64,000 nucleotides of DNA from Anthoceros angustus (Eukaryota; Plantae; Anthocerotophyta): NCBI GenBank assembly GCA_010909165.1, contig MU008193.1:1-64000 (forward strand), read 5' to 3'. Positions within the stretch are counted from its first letter, which is position 1, and the number at the start of each line of letters is the position of its first letter. This document shows positions 24,009 through 37,868 of the stretch, piece by piece. The position numbers were made by a program, and so were the translations under genes. Below the pieces are notes generated by a model that was not told the origin of the DNA, did no database searches, and saw only the letters and a list, made by a program, of their open reading frames with translations.

Positions 24009-27000
24009 TTAATGACCTCAAGTCTATTGTCCGTCCTTGGTAAATTCTATTCTAGCAACTTCACCTAAGATCATCCTTAAAGGATGTCACCACATCACCT
24101 ATCCTTTCTATTATTCTCTCATCATTTATGGTCTTGACCATTCTAGTCTTCTTGCTGGTGACATGTCCTTGTGGATTGGCCCTCGCCTCCTTTGCTCTGC
24201 CCCTTCCCATCTTGTCGCTTCCTAATGTGTGGGGCAAGTACACCGCCTTCCTCCATCTCGGCGCCTAAAGTCCTTCCTTCCATCAATCGCGCTCCCGCGC
24301 ACCTAGGCGCCTTCTCCATCACCGGTCGCGCCTGCTCATCGTCTACCGCGTAGTCCGGCAGACTATAGGCCGACCTACCATGGTAGTCCTTTTCCTTCTT
24401 CTCCATCGGTGAGGACTTCGGTCAAGATCTCCATTTTGCCTCGCTTGATTTGTCCATACCTACCATAGAGCATCTTAAAGAGTCTTTCCCCATTGTCACC
24501 ATGTCCCTAATCTCCGGCCCTTTTGCATCTCTCTCCCCGGCCCTGCTTCCTTATCCGTGGGGAGGGAACTTCTCACCCTTCCTTCTTCTCACGGGTCGGT
24601 CCCCGCCCCTGTCTCCTCCGTGGGTTGTCTCCCACCACCGCCTCCGGGGTATACACCGGACCCCGGCTCCTTCATCTCACCAGCCTCCGCCCGACCCAAC
24701 AGCCCGCTCCACGGGCACTCACCCCTAGTCCGCATCACCGCGAGTGGTTCCACCACGTAGTCCGCAGACCATGGTAGGTGGTCACCTACCATGGTAGGTG
24801 ACCCCGTGAGGGTGGCTGTCCCCTCCTTGCTCTCCGCGCCATCTTCCACCTTGGCGCCACTCCCTCATCTCCGACTCTCGATTCCTGAGTCCATTTCACG
24901 ATGGCCTCATCAAAATCGGAGGCCTCCGCCGCACTGTTGCAGCCCCTTCATCATCATCATGAGGACCCAATGTCCTCCTCTTGGCCAAACGCAAGATTTC
25001 GTTGTTGGCCTTCAAGATTCTATTGTGGAGGTGAGCCCCAAGCTATGATATTGCATTTGGAGATCATCAACTCCGTGGGGCCACTCTCCATCTTCACACC
25101 TACCTTGTAGGGCCCTTGAGGTGGTCAATTCCCCACCTTGACATGGAGGGTCACATTCTCCTCCTCACTTCTTTAGCCGGGCTGGCAATTTGGCTCAAGG
25201 GCAATCCGCCCAAAATCGCCGCTCACTACCAAGATTCTGCACCACCTTCTTGTGCTCCTCCTCTGGAACCTCCTTTGTTCCAGCCGCCATTTGCTTGGCA
25301 ACTTTTCCTTCTCTTGCCAAGCCTCAAGCTCTTGTACTAGGTCTTGAGCTTCTAGCTCCGCGCTTCTCCTCCAAATTGAACCGATCCTTCTCAATTCCTC
25401 TTCCATGTCCCGGATTTTGATGGCTTGGGTAGCCATCACTGCTCATGCGGCCCAATTGCTGGACCGCTATCTTCCCTTCCGAGCCTCCGCTTTGCCCTTT
25501 CGTTCTTGCTCTAATTGGGCAAAATGCCTCCGCCTTTGCCTCCATGAATCGCTTGGTCAATGGCTCTCTTCCAGACACCTTCCCTTCCAGATTTTCCGCT
25601 CCATCCATGAGGTCGCTTGGAGCTTCTCCACGCCTTTTCCAGCTTGGCGCCTTTCATCGGACTCCATGGCCTCCAATTGCCATTTAGTCCCCGCCTCCTC
25701 CGCCATGTCTTGGGCTTTCACCTCTTGGCATGCCCACAAGGAGGCTGCTAGGTCTCTAGCCCCCTTCAAATCCACACGGTTGAGTGCTTCACAAGCACTC
25801 AAAGAATTCTCCTAGGGGTCCTAATTCCACCCTCCTTCTTGCTGGAAATTTCCAGCTCTCCCGCATGACCACGGCGCGGCGCTGGTCCCTCACCGCCGCC
25901 ATCCGCCTCCCACTGCGGGAAATGGTGGGCTCGCGCGCGCCGCTACCGCTTCTCCTTCCCCCGCCGAGGGCCGCCGCCAGGGCTGCCACCGGGTAGGTCG
26001 CCTCACGGTAGTCCACCTACCGTGGTAGACGATCACCACTGGGTAGTCCGCCCACCCCTCAGGCTGCCTCTTCCACCCATGCATGGTGGGGACTCCCACC
26101 CTTGGGCCATAGTCCTCCTCTCATAAACCACTACTTCGGCCCTCTCGCCTCTCCCCGCTTGCCCTGGGGAAAAGCCTCCCACTCCGCAACCGCCCACTTC
26201 TTCCGCCTAGCATGCTTGTGGAGGTCCGACCTCCCACCGCCTTCCTCAATGCAAAAGGCAAAGGCCTTTTCCAAGCTTGGCCGGAGATGGATTATCTCAA
26301 GGATGCCAAGCATCTTCCACCTTGCTTGTGAGAAGCCCCTTCCGCTTTCCCACAAATGCACCAAATAGGTGCTGAGGTAAGGCTGGGCCTTCCTCATCCA
26401 CCGAATTTGGCTTGAGGAGCTCCTGGTGGATGTAGGCCTCATACATGATGGTGCCCCAATGCTTGGCTCCTCATGGAAATCTTCCACAGGAAGTTGGTGT
26501 TAAATAGGACGTTCACCAACCCCAAGACAATCTTTGCAAGAGCCCACTTCAGCTCCTTGATGCTCTGCCTTCCACCCATTCTTGGCATGGGCCTTCACCC
26601 TCCATCCATGTCGAGGAACTCCGGAATATCGAGAGGGCTGTCCTCTTCCTCCATTGACCTTTCGAGGAGAGCACCGAGCTCTCTCCTCCGCCTCCATACA
26701 CGAATGCTCCTTACGGCCCAACAATGGGATCCGTCGAGCATTTCTCCAATGCGGCAGGCTCGAGGATGGAGGTTGATGAAACATCTCAATCAATTCCAAA
26801 TTGGTGTAGGCCCATTACGGCCATACACCCATCCCAATTGGATGTTATCCTCTCGCCCACCGAAAATCAACCAAATGGGTTGTTGCCCAAAGCAAGTGAA
26901 TTGGGGCATCACAAGTTCACCTCTCGGCGCACGCCGCTTCTTTTCCTTCCTCGAGGAGAGCCCTTGGCCGGCTCCTTCCCTTGCCTTTCCACCGAGGCAT

Positions 27001-27500
27001 GGTGCCTTTCTTCTCCAAATGCTTCAAAGGAAGGAATTACTCCCAATTGGCAATCTAGGCTTGCTCAAACGCTCCTTCTCCAGAGTGGTGAAACCCCCCG
27101 AGGCACAATTCACGTTAGGCTTGATGACGCCCCACCGCTGCCAATTTCCTTGCGATTCTCTTCGTGGTGCCGCCATGGGTGGTCGAGGTCCTCCCTTCAA
27201 CCGCCAATTTCTCAACTTGCGCTCACTGATGCTCCTTCCAATGCTCGCGCTTGAGAGACTTCCTCCGTGGCGCATGCCTCTGCTCTCTCCTTCCTCCTCT
27301 GGCTCAACTGGCTAGGTTCTCCCTCCTTCACCGTTCTCCTTCCTTCACCGCTCTCCTTCCTCCTTCCTGTAGCGTGGCGGCGATGCGCATGATAGCAACC
27401 TTCCTTCTCCTCTCGCCTTACGCCCATCCAGCCCCTCAAGTGAGGATGCCTGCTCAAGAGAGAGTTGCAAACTGCACTTTGCCTCCTGGATGTCCACCGA
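24009..27500 (-). CDS. G2 LTR U3 ORF, frameshifted
   Basis: YLSTYLVHLWE, SLWACQEVKAQDMAEEAGTKWQLEAMESD and GEVARIEFTK on the minus strand. Confidence 0.7.
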
Positions 27501-27974
27501 GGCCAACCCTAGATTGGTTCAACATTCTAATTACCTAAGCCTAAATTACCTATTTTCCCTTATCCGCTTCCCAAATTAATCACCTTCTAATTAATCCTAT
27601 TTATCTACTCCCTATTGGTGAGCATATATATAGTGGATATCCTCATATTAATTTCTTTGCCGAGATTCCGTAACCACCGCGGTAGTCCACCACCACTGGT
27701 TCCGCTTTTTCTCACCACCGGGCGTGGTTACCAGTAGTCACATACCACCTTTCTGACCGCCTCCGCCGTCTGGGGTCGCTGACCTGCTTCTTCCCGGGAT
27801 ATCCTTTCACTTCCTAACAATATTTTACAACTCAGCTTCAAGATTCTCAAATTTTCGGCATGTTCCTTTTCAATCGCTTAGCCAAAAAATCAAACTTGTC
27901 TTCTCGCTTTGGGTTGCCCAAACTTTATGCTCCACATACTCCCACCTCACCCGCTTGCGCCCTCGCAAACAACA

Positions 27975-30900
27975 GTACTACCGAGGTACTTTGACCTTCC
28001 ACCCATTGACTCGTCGGCAATCCAAGACCGAGTTGCATGATCCATTCTCGTATAATCGCACTACCTCGTAAGGTCCCATCCATCTCAATCTAAGCTTCCC
28101 CGGAAAGTCTAGGTACCGACTATCATATAGAAGAACCAAATCGCCCACGATAGTCTCTGCTTCTTAACCTCCCATCATGCCGATCTTCCGAGTTCCCGAA
28201 CTGGTTTCTTCTAAAGCATCCTCCCTACGCTCCCCGCCTATGAACGATTCTAGTCTAGCTTCGCCATCTCTACAACATGCTCATCCTCCATGATCCGTAG
28301 GTACTCAAATTCCACGCATCACGGTGACATGCCATACGTTAGATAATAAGGGTCTTCTTGGTGGTTACCTTCTGTCCTCAGAGGCCCACAATGAATGCAA
28401 CTTAGCATCCCAATCATACATGCTACCTTGGTGAGGATTGTGCAGAACCCATTTGTCTTCTCACAATCCATTCGCTTTGGGGTTGTAGGGGGTCGCCTTC
28501 GATGCCGAATGTTGAAATAGGTGGTTAGGGACTCAACGACGAGTTGAGGAAATGTGTCCCCATTACCAACCAACTCCAAAGGACACCCATGTTATGATAT
28601 TCTAATAAAAATTTTGCCACCGCAGTGCGTCCTTCCTGTTGCTTCACTCCACCATCTTCGTGCAATAACTGTAGCCACCAAAATGTACCGCTTCCTCGTC
28701 CATGCTGGGGTTTGATTGGTCCCACGAAATCGATTCCCCACTTCTAACGGTGCTAAGCAGATGTAGATGTAGGTAAGAGGCCATTGTGTCGACAACGAGG
28801 CCGCCCAACCCTCCGACACGCATCACACCTCCGAGTGAACTCCCACACATCCTTTTGCATCAGAGCCCACCGTAACCTCGCATTCAAAATCTTCTTAACG
28901 GTCAATTGCATTAATAGTGTCCACCGCCTCGCATGTAGGCCCGTGACGAGTGAGCCCTCACCGAGACACCGCCGATCTTCGTCCGCCCAAGTTTGTACAG
29001 ATGCCTTCCTTAGCAGGGTGCGGCTTTATGGAGAAAACCGCCTTCTCGACAAACCATCCGCATGATTCCATGCTCCAGAATTTGCGTACTTCAACAAATA
29101 TCTTGGGCATGAACGCCCTCACGTTCTAATCTCCTTCCGTGTCGACTATGTCGCCTCCTAGGTCGCCGTTAGTAGCCCTGCATGGCGTTGATCTATCCAC
29201 AAATCTATTTTCTCGCCCCATGCCGCATCTCTTCTCACCCGTTTGCATGCTCTTCCTCTATTAACGGACTGATTTCGTCCATTCCTGGTCTAGCCTCGTC
29301 TAGGTCCAGCTCAGCTCCGACCTCCTCGCCTTTGTTGCACCTCCATGGTCGATTTTTATGATTGCCCACACCGCCAACTTCCTCAGCCAAACTTTTCTTG
29401 AATCCTGGTGTGTCCACCTCCTAGGGCCTTCTCCGCGGCCCATGGCGCTCGCCACCGCCAAGTGTGGTTCGCCGCTCAAAACGGCTCATGTCCGCTTTTG
29501 CTTCTTCCTTTGCCAACGTGGCCTCCACTTGCAGCCCTCCCGACTGCTCACCCTTGAGGAGCATTTCAGCCTCCTCGCGCCCATGCTGGCGCTCTATCCT
29601 CTCTCGATTTCCAGATTGTCCCCGCAACTTTTCCCCGCACAACGCCCCTTCTTGCTCATTTGGCCTCACGCAACAAGACTTGCTGATCAATTCTTAGGCC
29701 GTCATGCTCACGTCCTCCTTCGACCCGGGCCGTGGCAACCAACTCCTCGTCAGAAATCTATCCGTGGCTTCAAGTCGCTTCCGCCAGACGAAATGAAATC
29801 ATTCGATGTTGCTTCCCTCGGCCTAGTTTCTACGTCGTAGTCAAACTCTTGCAGTAGTACCCATCCGGCAATCCTTCCCGACAACCGCTTGTTGACAAGA
29901 TACTTCAACGCAAAATGGTCAACATGAAACGCCACCTTGCAAGCGGATAGTGTCTAAACTTTACAGAGTGAGTAAATGATACCAAGACCCTCCCGGTGGT
30001 TGAGTAGTTCTTTCATCCGTGAGCTGCCCACCGCATAGAAAATCGGATGATCCCGCTTTCTTCTCCTTCCGACTTAAGACGGTCCCAATGGCATAAGCGG
30101 ACATCCACGATACATGAAACGGCTTCTCCCAATCGCGGTAACGCTACGCCACCAAACTGCCCTTCAATCGAAAAGCCTCGCCTTGGTCCATTCAAGGTGT
30201 ATCCTTCTTGGTCAATTGTGTCAACAAGGCGCCTTCTTGGCTAAATCCTTGATGAACCTCCTGTAATACCCTACGAGTCCTACAAAGCACGCACTGCTCA
30301 CCGCTTATCCCATCATAACCGCTTTCTCCTTATCTACCGCAATCCTCAAACTCGATGTGCAACAAAATACCTCCATACCAAAATAACACTTCCTGGATGA
30401 AGTTTCATGTTCTCCCGACTCGAAAACATTGCCTCAAATGGTCTAGATGCGTGTTCTCCCAAACACGCAGAAATCATCCAGAATACCTCCATGAACTTTC
30501 TAAAAATCTCGAATATCGCTCACCACACCGGAAAGTGGCGGCATTGCACAACCCGAAGGGAGCTCAATAAGCGAAGTTCCCCAATCCAGAACGTTGTCTT
30601 GTCCTCGATCCTCCTTCCGCAACGAAATTTGATTGTAATACCCGCCCAAGAAATCAGACATCTCATGTCCTCATCGTGTCCAAAGACATCGTCCATGAAA
30701 GGTGATGATCCTTCTTCGTTGCTTCATTGAGCTTCCTGAAATCTTGGCATACCCGAACCTTTCCCTGCTGCTTCTTTGGTACAATTACGATGGGCGCGAC
30801 CCACTCGCTGGTGAGCACTGGATAAATTACCCCAGCCTCCAAATATTGGTCGAGCTGATCCTTAACAACCATGGAATACTTGGGATTCAGCCTGTATTGC

Positions 30901-33735
30901 TTGATCCTCACCGGGGTGCTTCCCTCCTTTAAGTCGATTCGATGTATCCCCCTTCTTCCAGATTCCCCGCCATGTCAAGAATCTTGAAGGCAAACACATC
31001 GACATACTCCCTAAGCACACTACGAAACTCTTCTTTCTCTACCGGTCCTAGGTACCTAGAAATCTTGACTACCTTGCTAGGTTCTAACTCTAGGTCTTCT
31101 ACAGCATCGGGATCTACATATGTTCCTTCCGGATCACTATACTTGACCCTCCTCCGGAAAATCTCGATCATAGGCCTTACCCTTCCAAAAGGCTACACCT
31201 TCCTATGTGCCTCATCCTCGACTCTACCTTCTCATATGTAAACAGCGACACCAAATCACTCTTTATTTCGCGACCTGACGAGACCCCGATATGCTTGGTC
31301 ACCGCCGAGGAGCTTACCCTAGAGGTGTACCCTGATCGGGATTGCACTCATAGGGAGCCTTGCTCCATGACACAAAGCGATCGCCGCAGTCCGCTGGACT
31401 TGAAGGTGATGCCACTACGACCAAAATCAAAAACACACGCAGACCATACAACCAAGGCCTACCTATCAAAACCTTATAGCCTAAATCCAAACCGCCGCAT
31501 CACAATGTAGGTAAGATGGAAGGTGAGACCCCAATCATAGTGGTACATTCAAGCACCCCAATGGCTTCCTCCTTGTCCGTCGGCCATCCGTAAAATACGG
31601 GCCGGGTGAAACTGAACCCAAGTTGATGATTCCTCCGCCATCAAGTTGACTCGATCCGAATCTAATGGCACATTGGGCACCAAACACCCGCACTCAACCT
31701 CAATCTCGGTGCCCCAAATCAACGAGTTCGACCACATTTACCTCCACCGCCGCTTTCTCACTCCTACGCCTGTGGATTCTCGACTCCTTCACAATTTTAT
31801 GGGATCTCGACTCACCGCAAGCAATCGCTCTGTCGACCACAAATTCGGGTCAAGTAATGCGTCAACAACCGAGATCTTATCGACAAGGTTTCCTCCCGCT
31901 TGCCTGCTGGTCGATTCCGACCTTATTGGTAAAGCTCCGATTCCATGATCCCTCCTCTGGGATCCCATACCCGTGGATCCACCCCCGGCCCGCGACCTCC
32001 ACCTTCCCGTGTTGGGTGAGCTCATCCTCCAAAGACGCCGCCACCCGCCGTCGGAGGAACGCTGCCTCCCCTTCCTTCGCCCTTCGCTTCGCCTACCGTA
32101 GTCTCGTTCACCGAGGGTGCCACCACCGGTAGTCCGCCCGCCTGCCGTGGGTCCTCGCCCGCCACGCCCAACGCTGCCTCGAGGCCAAGGTGAGTCGCCC
32201 TCACCTTCCTCCGCTCTTTCCTCGTGCTCACGCCCGCTTTCCGCACTTCCCTTTCTCTCGACGGTCCGATCCGTGGTCACCGCCACCATCAACCCTTCAT
32301 CCGCCATCTCCTTCATACCTTCCTCCACAATTCGGATGTCACATCGATCCGAGGAAATCGACCGCCTCCACCTTCGACCGTTATCAGAATCGCGTCTCGG
32401 ATTGGTTCGCTCCGCAGCTCGTGAACTCGACCGGTGGTGTCACTCAAGGCCACCCTGCATACACCGGGATCCCCATTTTATGTCCCAATTCCTTACATAC
32501 CGCAAAAGGGCACATAACCCACTTGCTTCCGAGGTTCCGGGCATTCGCTTGAGTAGTGACCGGGCCCGCAATTATAACAACATCCTGTGGAATTGCCATC
32601 GGCCTTTGTGATGGATCCGTCTCCATTGTCCCGCGGCGTTTGGACGTGATCCATACCTTGAGGGAACTGTGTAGTTTGCTGGTCGCCTCATTGATTGAGG
32701 TGGCCGACCGCTTGCACCGTAGGCTTCGCCCATACCAATAATCTCTCGCATGACGGTTTCCACATGATTTATGTCGAATACATTCCAGTGTCCTGCTTGA
32801 TGATTGAGCAATACACCAACCGGTGAAGGAGATCTTCGTGGAGCTTGATTCTTCACCGCTTTGACCTCTAACTCGGTCAACCTCTTGGTCAAAGCCTCCA
32901 CTTGTCCAAAGAATCCTCCCCGCCGCAGACGCTCTTCTCCATCCGACTGCTTCCCTTTTCTCCTTCTCCAATCGCTCCGCCTCTTCCCGTTTTTGACCTT
33001 CTGTGTCCTTCTTCATCTGCCGTCAGAGGCCTTCTCGATTCTTCATCCGATGTGAGCTTTCGAGTTCCGCCTCACTCTCGATGAGGACGAGGGCGATGAG
33101 GAGGTAGAGGAAGACGAGGAGCCAGATCTCCTCGATCCTTTCCTCTTCTTATGACTTCGCCTCTTCTTCTCCTCCTCCCCAACTGCTCCCATTCCTCGCG
33201 AGGGCTGCCAACATCTTCCACCCTCCGCAGTACCTCCATTTTCGAGACAAGCCACCACAAACCAATCCAACGCTTGTTCTTGTGAGTACCCGAGGTGGGC
33301 GGATCTCCCTCCTGTGCACATTTTCGAACTCGATCTAGATATCCGTAAAACCTCCACATAATCGAACAAAGACTCTCGCTCTTCCCACGAGGGTCCTCCG
33401 CCAAAGTGTGTGTGCATAATGAGCCCTGAACCGATTCAAGAAGGCTGCCTTAAGAGCTTCCCAACTGGCAGCCACCGAATATGCGCTGCACACTGCAGCG
33501 TGCCCTCTCCCTTAAAGATGCGCAATGATCGGCGACTCCATCCTCCAAATTGGCGGAGACGGCTCGAAAGTTCTTACAACGCCTCCGCCATCTCCTTCTT
33601 CTTCGACTTTGACGACCGGGCGATCGTGGCGGGCGGCCCTCCTCCTCCACCAACTCCACTCATGTTGCTCTCACAGTATGGGAGGAGTCCTCCATTTCGT
33701 GGGTGCCAGGGAAGAGGCACTCCACCCCGGGTAGG
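27975..33735 (-). pseudogene. gag-pol: G2 gag-pol, frameshifted, integrase present
   Basis: VPLDSDRVNLMAEE (protease); RT as above; FHVDHFALKYLVNK..LQEFDY (RH); HHCC and catalytic core ~28420-28960. Confidence 0.88.
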
Positions 33736-36700
33736 TGTGGAACGAAAGTTTGGGCAACTAACCCAAAAGGCCAAAAGACGGACAAGTCTGATTTTTTTGG
33801 CTAGAACGATTGAAGAGAAGCACGCCAGGAAAATTTCCAGAATCTTGAAGTTAGAGTAGAATTTTGTTAGGAAGGCGAAGAGGATATCCTCGAAGAAGAA
33901 CGGGTCGAAACGACCTGCATTTGCGGTGAGGGCAACCAAAGGTTGGTAGGTCGGCACTACCGCCGTAGGTCGCCACACACGCCGGGTAGGCTGAGTAAGG
34001 GAGCAGACCATCAAGTGTATCACCGCGTAGGTCGACAAATCAAGAAAATAGAGGGGGATATCCACTATATATGCTCACCAATAGGGAATAAATATATATA
34101 GTAATTAGAAAGCGTTAATTAGGGATAGCGCGAGTGATAGGAAAATAGGTAGTTTAGATAGAATTAGGATTTTGGAATGATGAACCCAATCTAGGGTTGC
34201 AGGCCTGTGGCGTATATCCAAGGAGGGCAAAGTGCGCTTTGGCGCCCTTCCACCACTTGGGGACGTAAGGAAAGAGAAGAAGGTGAAGAGGAGAAACCGC
34301 CATCGCCATCGCTGCCACGCCGACAAAAGGAAGACGCCAAAGAGAGAGGAGCCCCACTGAAAGGGCGGAAAAAGAAGACATCCAACATCCCGAGGGAGAG
34401 AGCCGTGCAACCAAGAGAGCCACACCAAAAGTGAGAAGCTTAAAGGGCCAAGGAAAAGGTTGAGAGGGAGAAGTGCGTGAAGGGTTGACAGAACAAGGCG
34501 GAAGAGAAGAAAATTGGCAGCTGAAGATTCAACCGTGGCTAACGCAGCAGAGGGTGTGCTACAACAAGGAAGAAGTGTGAGGTGAAATTGCTCTCAAATT
34601 GGAGAGTACTTCCTTCACTTGAAGGAACACCATGCCTCGAGGAAAAGGCAAGGGAAGGAGCCGCCGCAAAGGCTCTTCCTCGCGAGGAGAAAGAAGAAGG
34701 CAGGAGGTCGCCGCCAGTGGGGTGAGCTAAATGCCCCAATTCACTTGCTTTGCGGGCAGCTCAACCCCAGATTTGGTTGATTTTCGGCGAGAGGAGACAA
34801 CATCCAATTGATGGGTGTGTACGCCAATGGCCTACACCAATTTGGAATTGATTGAGGAGTGTTACATCAACCTCCATCAATCGGCGCCTTGCCGCCTGAG
34901 GAATGCTCGAACGATCCCCGCTGCTGGATGTATCAAGCATTGTGTATGGAAGACCGGAGGAGGAGAGCTCGAATTGCTCCCTCGAAAGGTCGAATGGAGG
35001 GAAGAGGATGCCTCTCCGACATCCCGAGATGATGGATGGAGGAGGAAGGCCCACGCCAAGAATGGTCGGAAAACCGAGAGCATCAAGGAGTCAAGTGGAG
35101 GCTCTTCGCAAAGATTGATTGGGGTTGGTAAATTACCAACGACTTATTTCAAAGACCAACTTCCTCCAATTTTTGTGGAAGATTTCCATGGGAGCCAAGG
35201 ATTGGGGACCATCATGTATGAGGCCTACATCCACCATCGAGAAGCTCCTCAAGCCAAATTCGTGGATGAGGAAGGGCCAAGGCCGCTACCTTAGCACCTA
35301 TTTGGTGCATTTATGGGAAAACCGAGGACTTCTCACAAGCAAGGAGCTTGAAGATGCATGGCATCCTTTGAGGTCATCCATCTCCACCGAGGTTGGAAAG
35401 GCCTTTGCCTTTGCATTGAGGAAGACGGTGGGAGGTCGACCTCCACAAGCATGCTAGAAGCAAGAGGAGAAGATGGAGGCAACAAGGTTGCCGAGTGGGA
35501 ATTTTCCCCTGTGAGCAAGCAAGGGAGAGAAGAACCGCCGAGGAAGGCCGAATGGTGGTCTATGAGAGAAGGACCACAGGGGTGATGCAAGGGTGGGGAG
35601 TCCCCACCATCTCCTTTGTGCCTACGAGAGAGGCACCCCACCCCCCAGAGGGAGGCACCACCCAAGGGTGACCACCGTGGTAGGCCCACCATGGTAGGCC
35701 ACCGTGGGGAGCAGCCACCACAGAGAGGCACCCCACGCCAGAAGCAGCCTACCAGGTGGAAGGGAAGGAGAAGCAAAGCCAGGGCGCCGAGGCCACCATC
35801 TCGCCCGGGTGGGGAGAGCGGATGGAGCGACGTGAAGGGGACCGGGCCGCTGATGGCCCGAAGGTGAGAGCTGGAAATTTCCAAGAAGAAGAGGTGGGGA
35901 ATTAGGACCCTAGGAGAATTGCCGGAGCTTGTGAAGCACTCAGTGGATTTGAAGGGGCTAGGGACCCAGCAGCCTCCTTGTGGGCATGCCAAGAGGAAAT
36001 CTCAAGACATGGCCGGAAGAAAGGCAGGACTAATGGCAATTGGAGCCATGGAGTCCGATGAAGGCAGCCAAGGAAAAGGTCAGGAGAAGCTCCAACACCT
36101 CATAGAACCAAGGCGGAGAAGGTCCTGAGGGAAGTTGTCAAGTCAAGAAAGAGCCATTCGGCAACAACCCAAAGGATTCATGGAGGCAAGAGAGCATTTT
36201 GCCCAATTAGAGCAAGACAAAAGGGCAAAACAGAGGCTCTAGGAAGGAGAAGGTAGCGTCCAAAGAATGGACGCATGAGCGTGTGATGGCTACTCAAGCC
36301 ATCAAAATCCGGACATGGAAGAGGAGTTGAGAAGGACCCGGTTAATTTGGAAGAGAAGCGCTGAGCACAAAGCTCAAGAGCAAGAAGAGAGTGCTTGGCA
36401 AGTGGAGAAGGGCTCAGCAATGGACTGGAACAAAGGAGGTCCAGAGGAGGAGCCACAAGAAGGTGGTGCATGCTGGTAGTGAAAGGAGATTTTGGGCACT
36501 ATGCCAGCAAAATTGGCCAACCAGGAAGTGAGGAGGAGAATGTAACCTCCATGTCAAGGTGGGGAATTGACCACCTCAAGAGATGCCTACAAGGTAGGTG
36601 TGAAGATGGAGAGTGGCCCACGAGATTGATGATCTCCAAATGCAATATCATAGCTTGGGGCTCACCTCCACAATAGATCTTTGAAGGCCAACAATGAAGT

Positions 36701-37012
36701 CTTACGTTGGCCAAGAGGAGGACATTGGGTCCTCATGATGATGATAAAGGAGCTGCAAGTGCAGCCTGAGGCCTCCGATTTTGATGAGGCCATCAAAATG
36801 GACTCCGAGGAACTGAGGAGTCGGAGGTGAGGAGCCGCGCCAAAGGTGGAAGGTGGCGCAGAGAGCAAGGAGGGGGAAAGCCCACCCTCGGGGTCACCTA
36901 CCATGGTGACCACCACCACCAGTCCGCTGCTACCGTGGGGAGCCACACCACGCCGGGACTACCGGGTAGGGCAGTGCGCGGAGCTGCTGGGGAGTTGGGA
37001 GGCCCGGCCAAG
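33736..37012 (+). repeat. G3a: 5' part of a family G LTR (contains most of the U3 ORF), inserted in G2 gag
   Basis: Starts tgtggaacgaaagtttgggcaac; colinear with 7330-~10700; ends at an N. Confidence 0.88.
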
Positions 37013-37013
37013 N
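37013..37013. other. Single-N assembly gap or contig join
   Basis: n in the sequence; ~0.8 kb of LTR is missing across it and the flanking host elements differ. Confidence 0.85.
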
Positions 37014-37868
37014 GTATGTGAGGACCTATAAAAGGAGGGGAGCTTGTGAAGTAAAATTATCGTGTCTTGCGCCCCATCCTCCCGAGTCCTTCACTTTGTG
37101 GAATTTCGTGCCGCAAGCCAACGCAGGTCCGTAGAGAGGGAGAACGCGGGCGAGTGCCGGGGTGGAGGGCTTGCTCTTGCAGTGCCCGCGCCTCCCTTGT
37201 GAATGGTTGTGAATTGTTTTGCTTTGAGTGTGTGATGCTCAAGGAACTCTGCTTGAGGGTAGACTGCAGGAAAGACTCGGAGGTTCTCGCCGTCTGCAAA
37301 CCACATAGCAACCGCCCAAGGAAGAACTTTAATTTCCGGACGGACCCTGTGCCGTAAGGGCGAGTTGGAATTAATGAGCCAAGAATTGGTGTTAGAGTAG
37401 GAGATTGTGGAGGAAGGAAGGGTAGATGAGTAGAGAAGAAGAGGGCGTTGATTGAGAGAGTTGTGAGGAGGATTAGAGGAAAAAAGGCCACAGCAGCCTA
37501 AGGGACGAATCCCAACTGCAGCAAGTAAGAGGGCGCCCCTGTGGAGAAGAGTGTCTTAGGAGTAGGGACGGTTGTGTGTGGGTCAGGGGTCCGGCGCCCG
37601 TGATAGACACCTCATAAGACGAACACAATTGTGTGGTGTCGCTAGGTTGAGGTTTGGTGAGTTTACGGCAAGCGCGAGGCCGAGAGGAGCGTGGAGAGGG
37701 CGCCTTGCTTGTTTAGAAGGCTGAGGTAGTAGTCAGCAGTAGTGACGGATTTCTCAAGATTCGACGCTCCCCAAGTCTCATGGGACGAAACCCAACGAGT
37801 AAACGGCTGTGGGGATAAGTGTGGCCGCTAGAGGGTACATCTCGGAGCCCCGGGATCTGCCTCCCACA
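37014..37868 (+). repeat. G3b: 3' end (TATA, R/U5) of a family G LTR, inserted in copia A2 gag
   Basis: Colinear with 11494-12390; ends cctcccaca and is followed by copia zinc-knuckle sequence. Confidence 0.85.

Larger units (their letters stand above)
23433..33735 (-). mobile_element. Gypsy family G element G2 (diverged subfamily), 3' LTR plus pol and most of gag, interrupted by G3a
   Basis: 3' LTR ~23433-27936 (starts tgtggagcataaagtttgggcaacc on minus); PPT 27938-27950; RT QYRLNPKYSMVVKDQLDQYLEAGVIYP..VRVCQDFRKLNEATKKDH; INT WGIDFVGP and GTHFLN. Confidence 0.9.

Noticed and set aside
26473-27315. 280-aa plus-strand ORF and other ORFs antisense to the U3 gene
   Set aside because: These are shadows of the GC-rich opposite-strand coding region and are not kept open in other copies.
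33736-37868. Solo LTR
   Set aside because: No TSD, different hosts on each side and an N inside.
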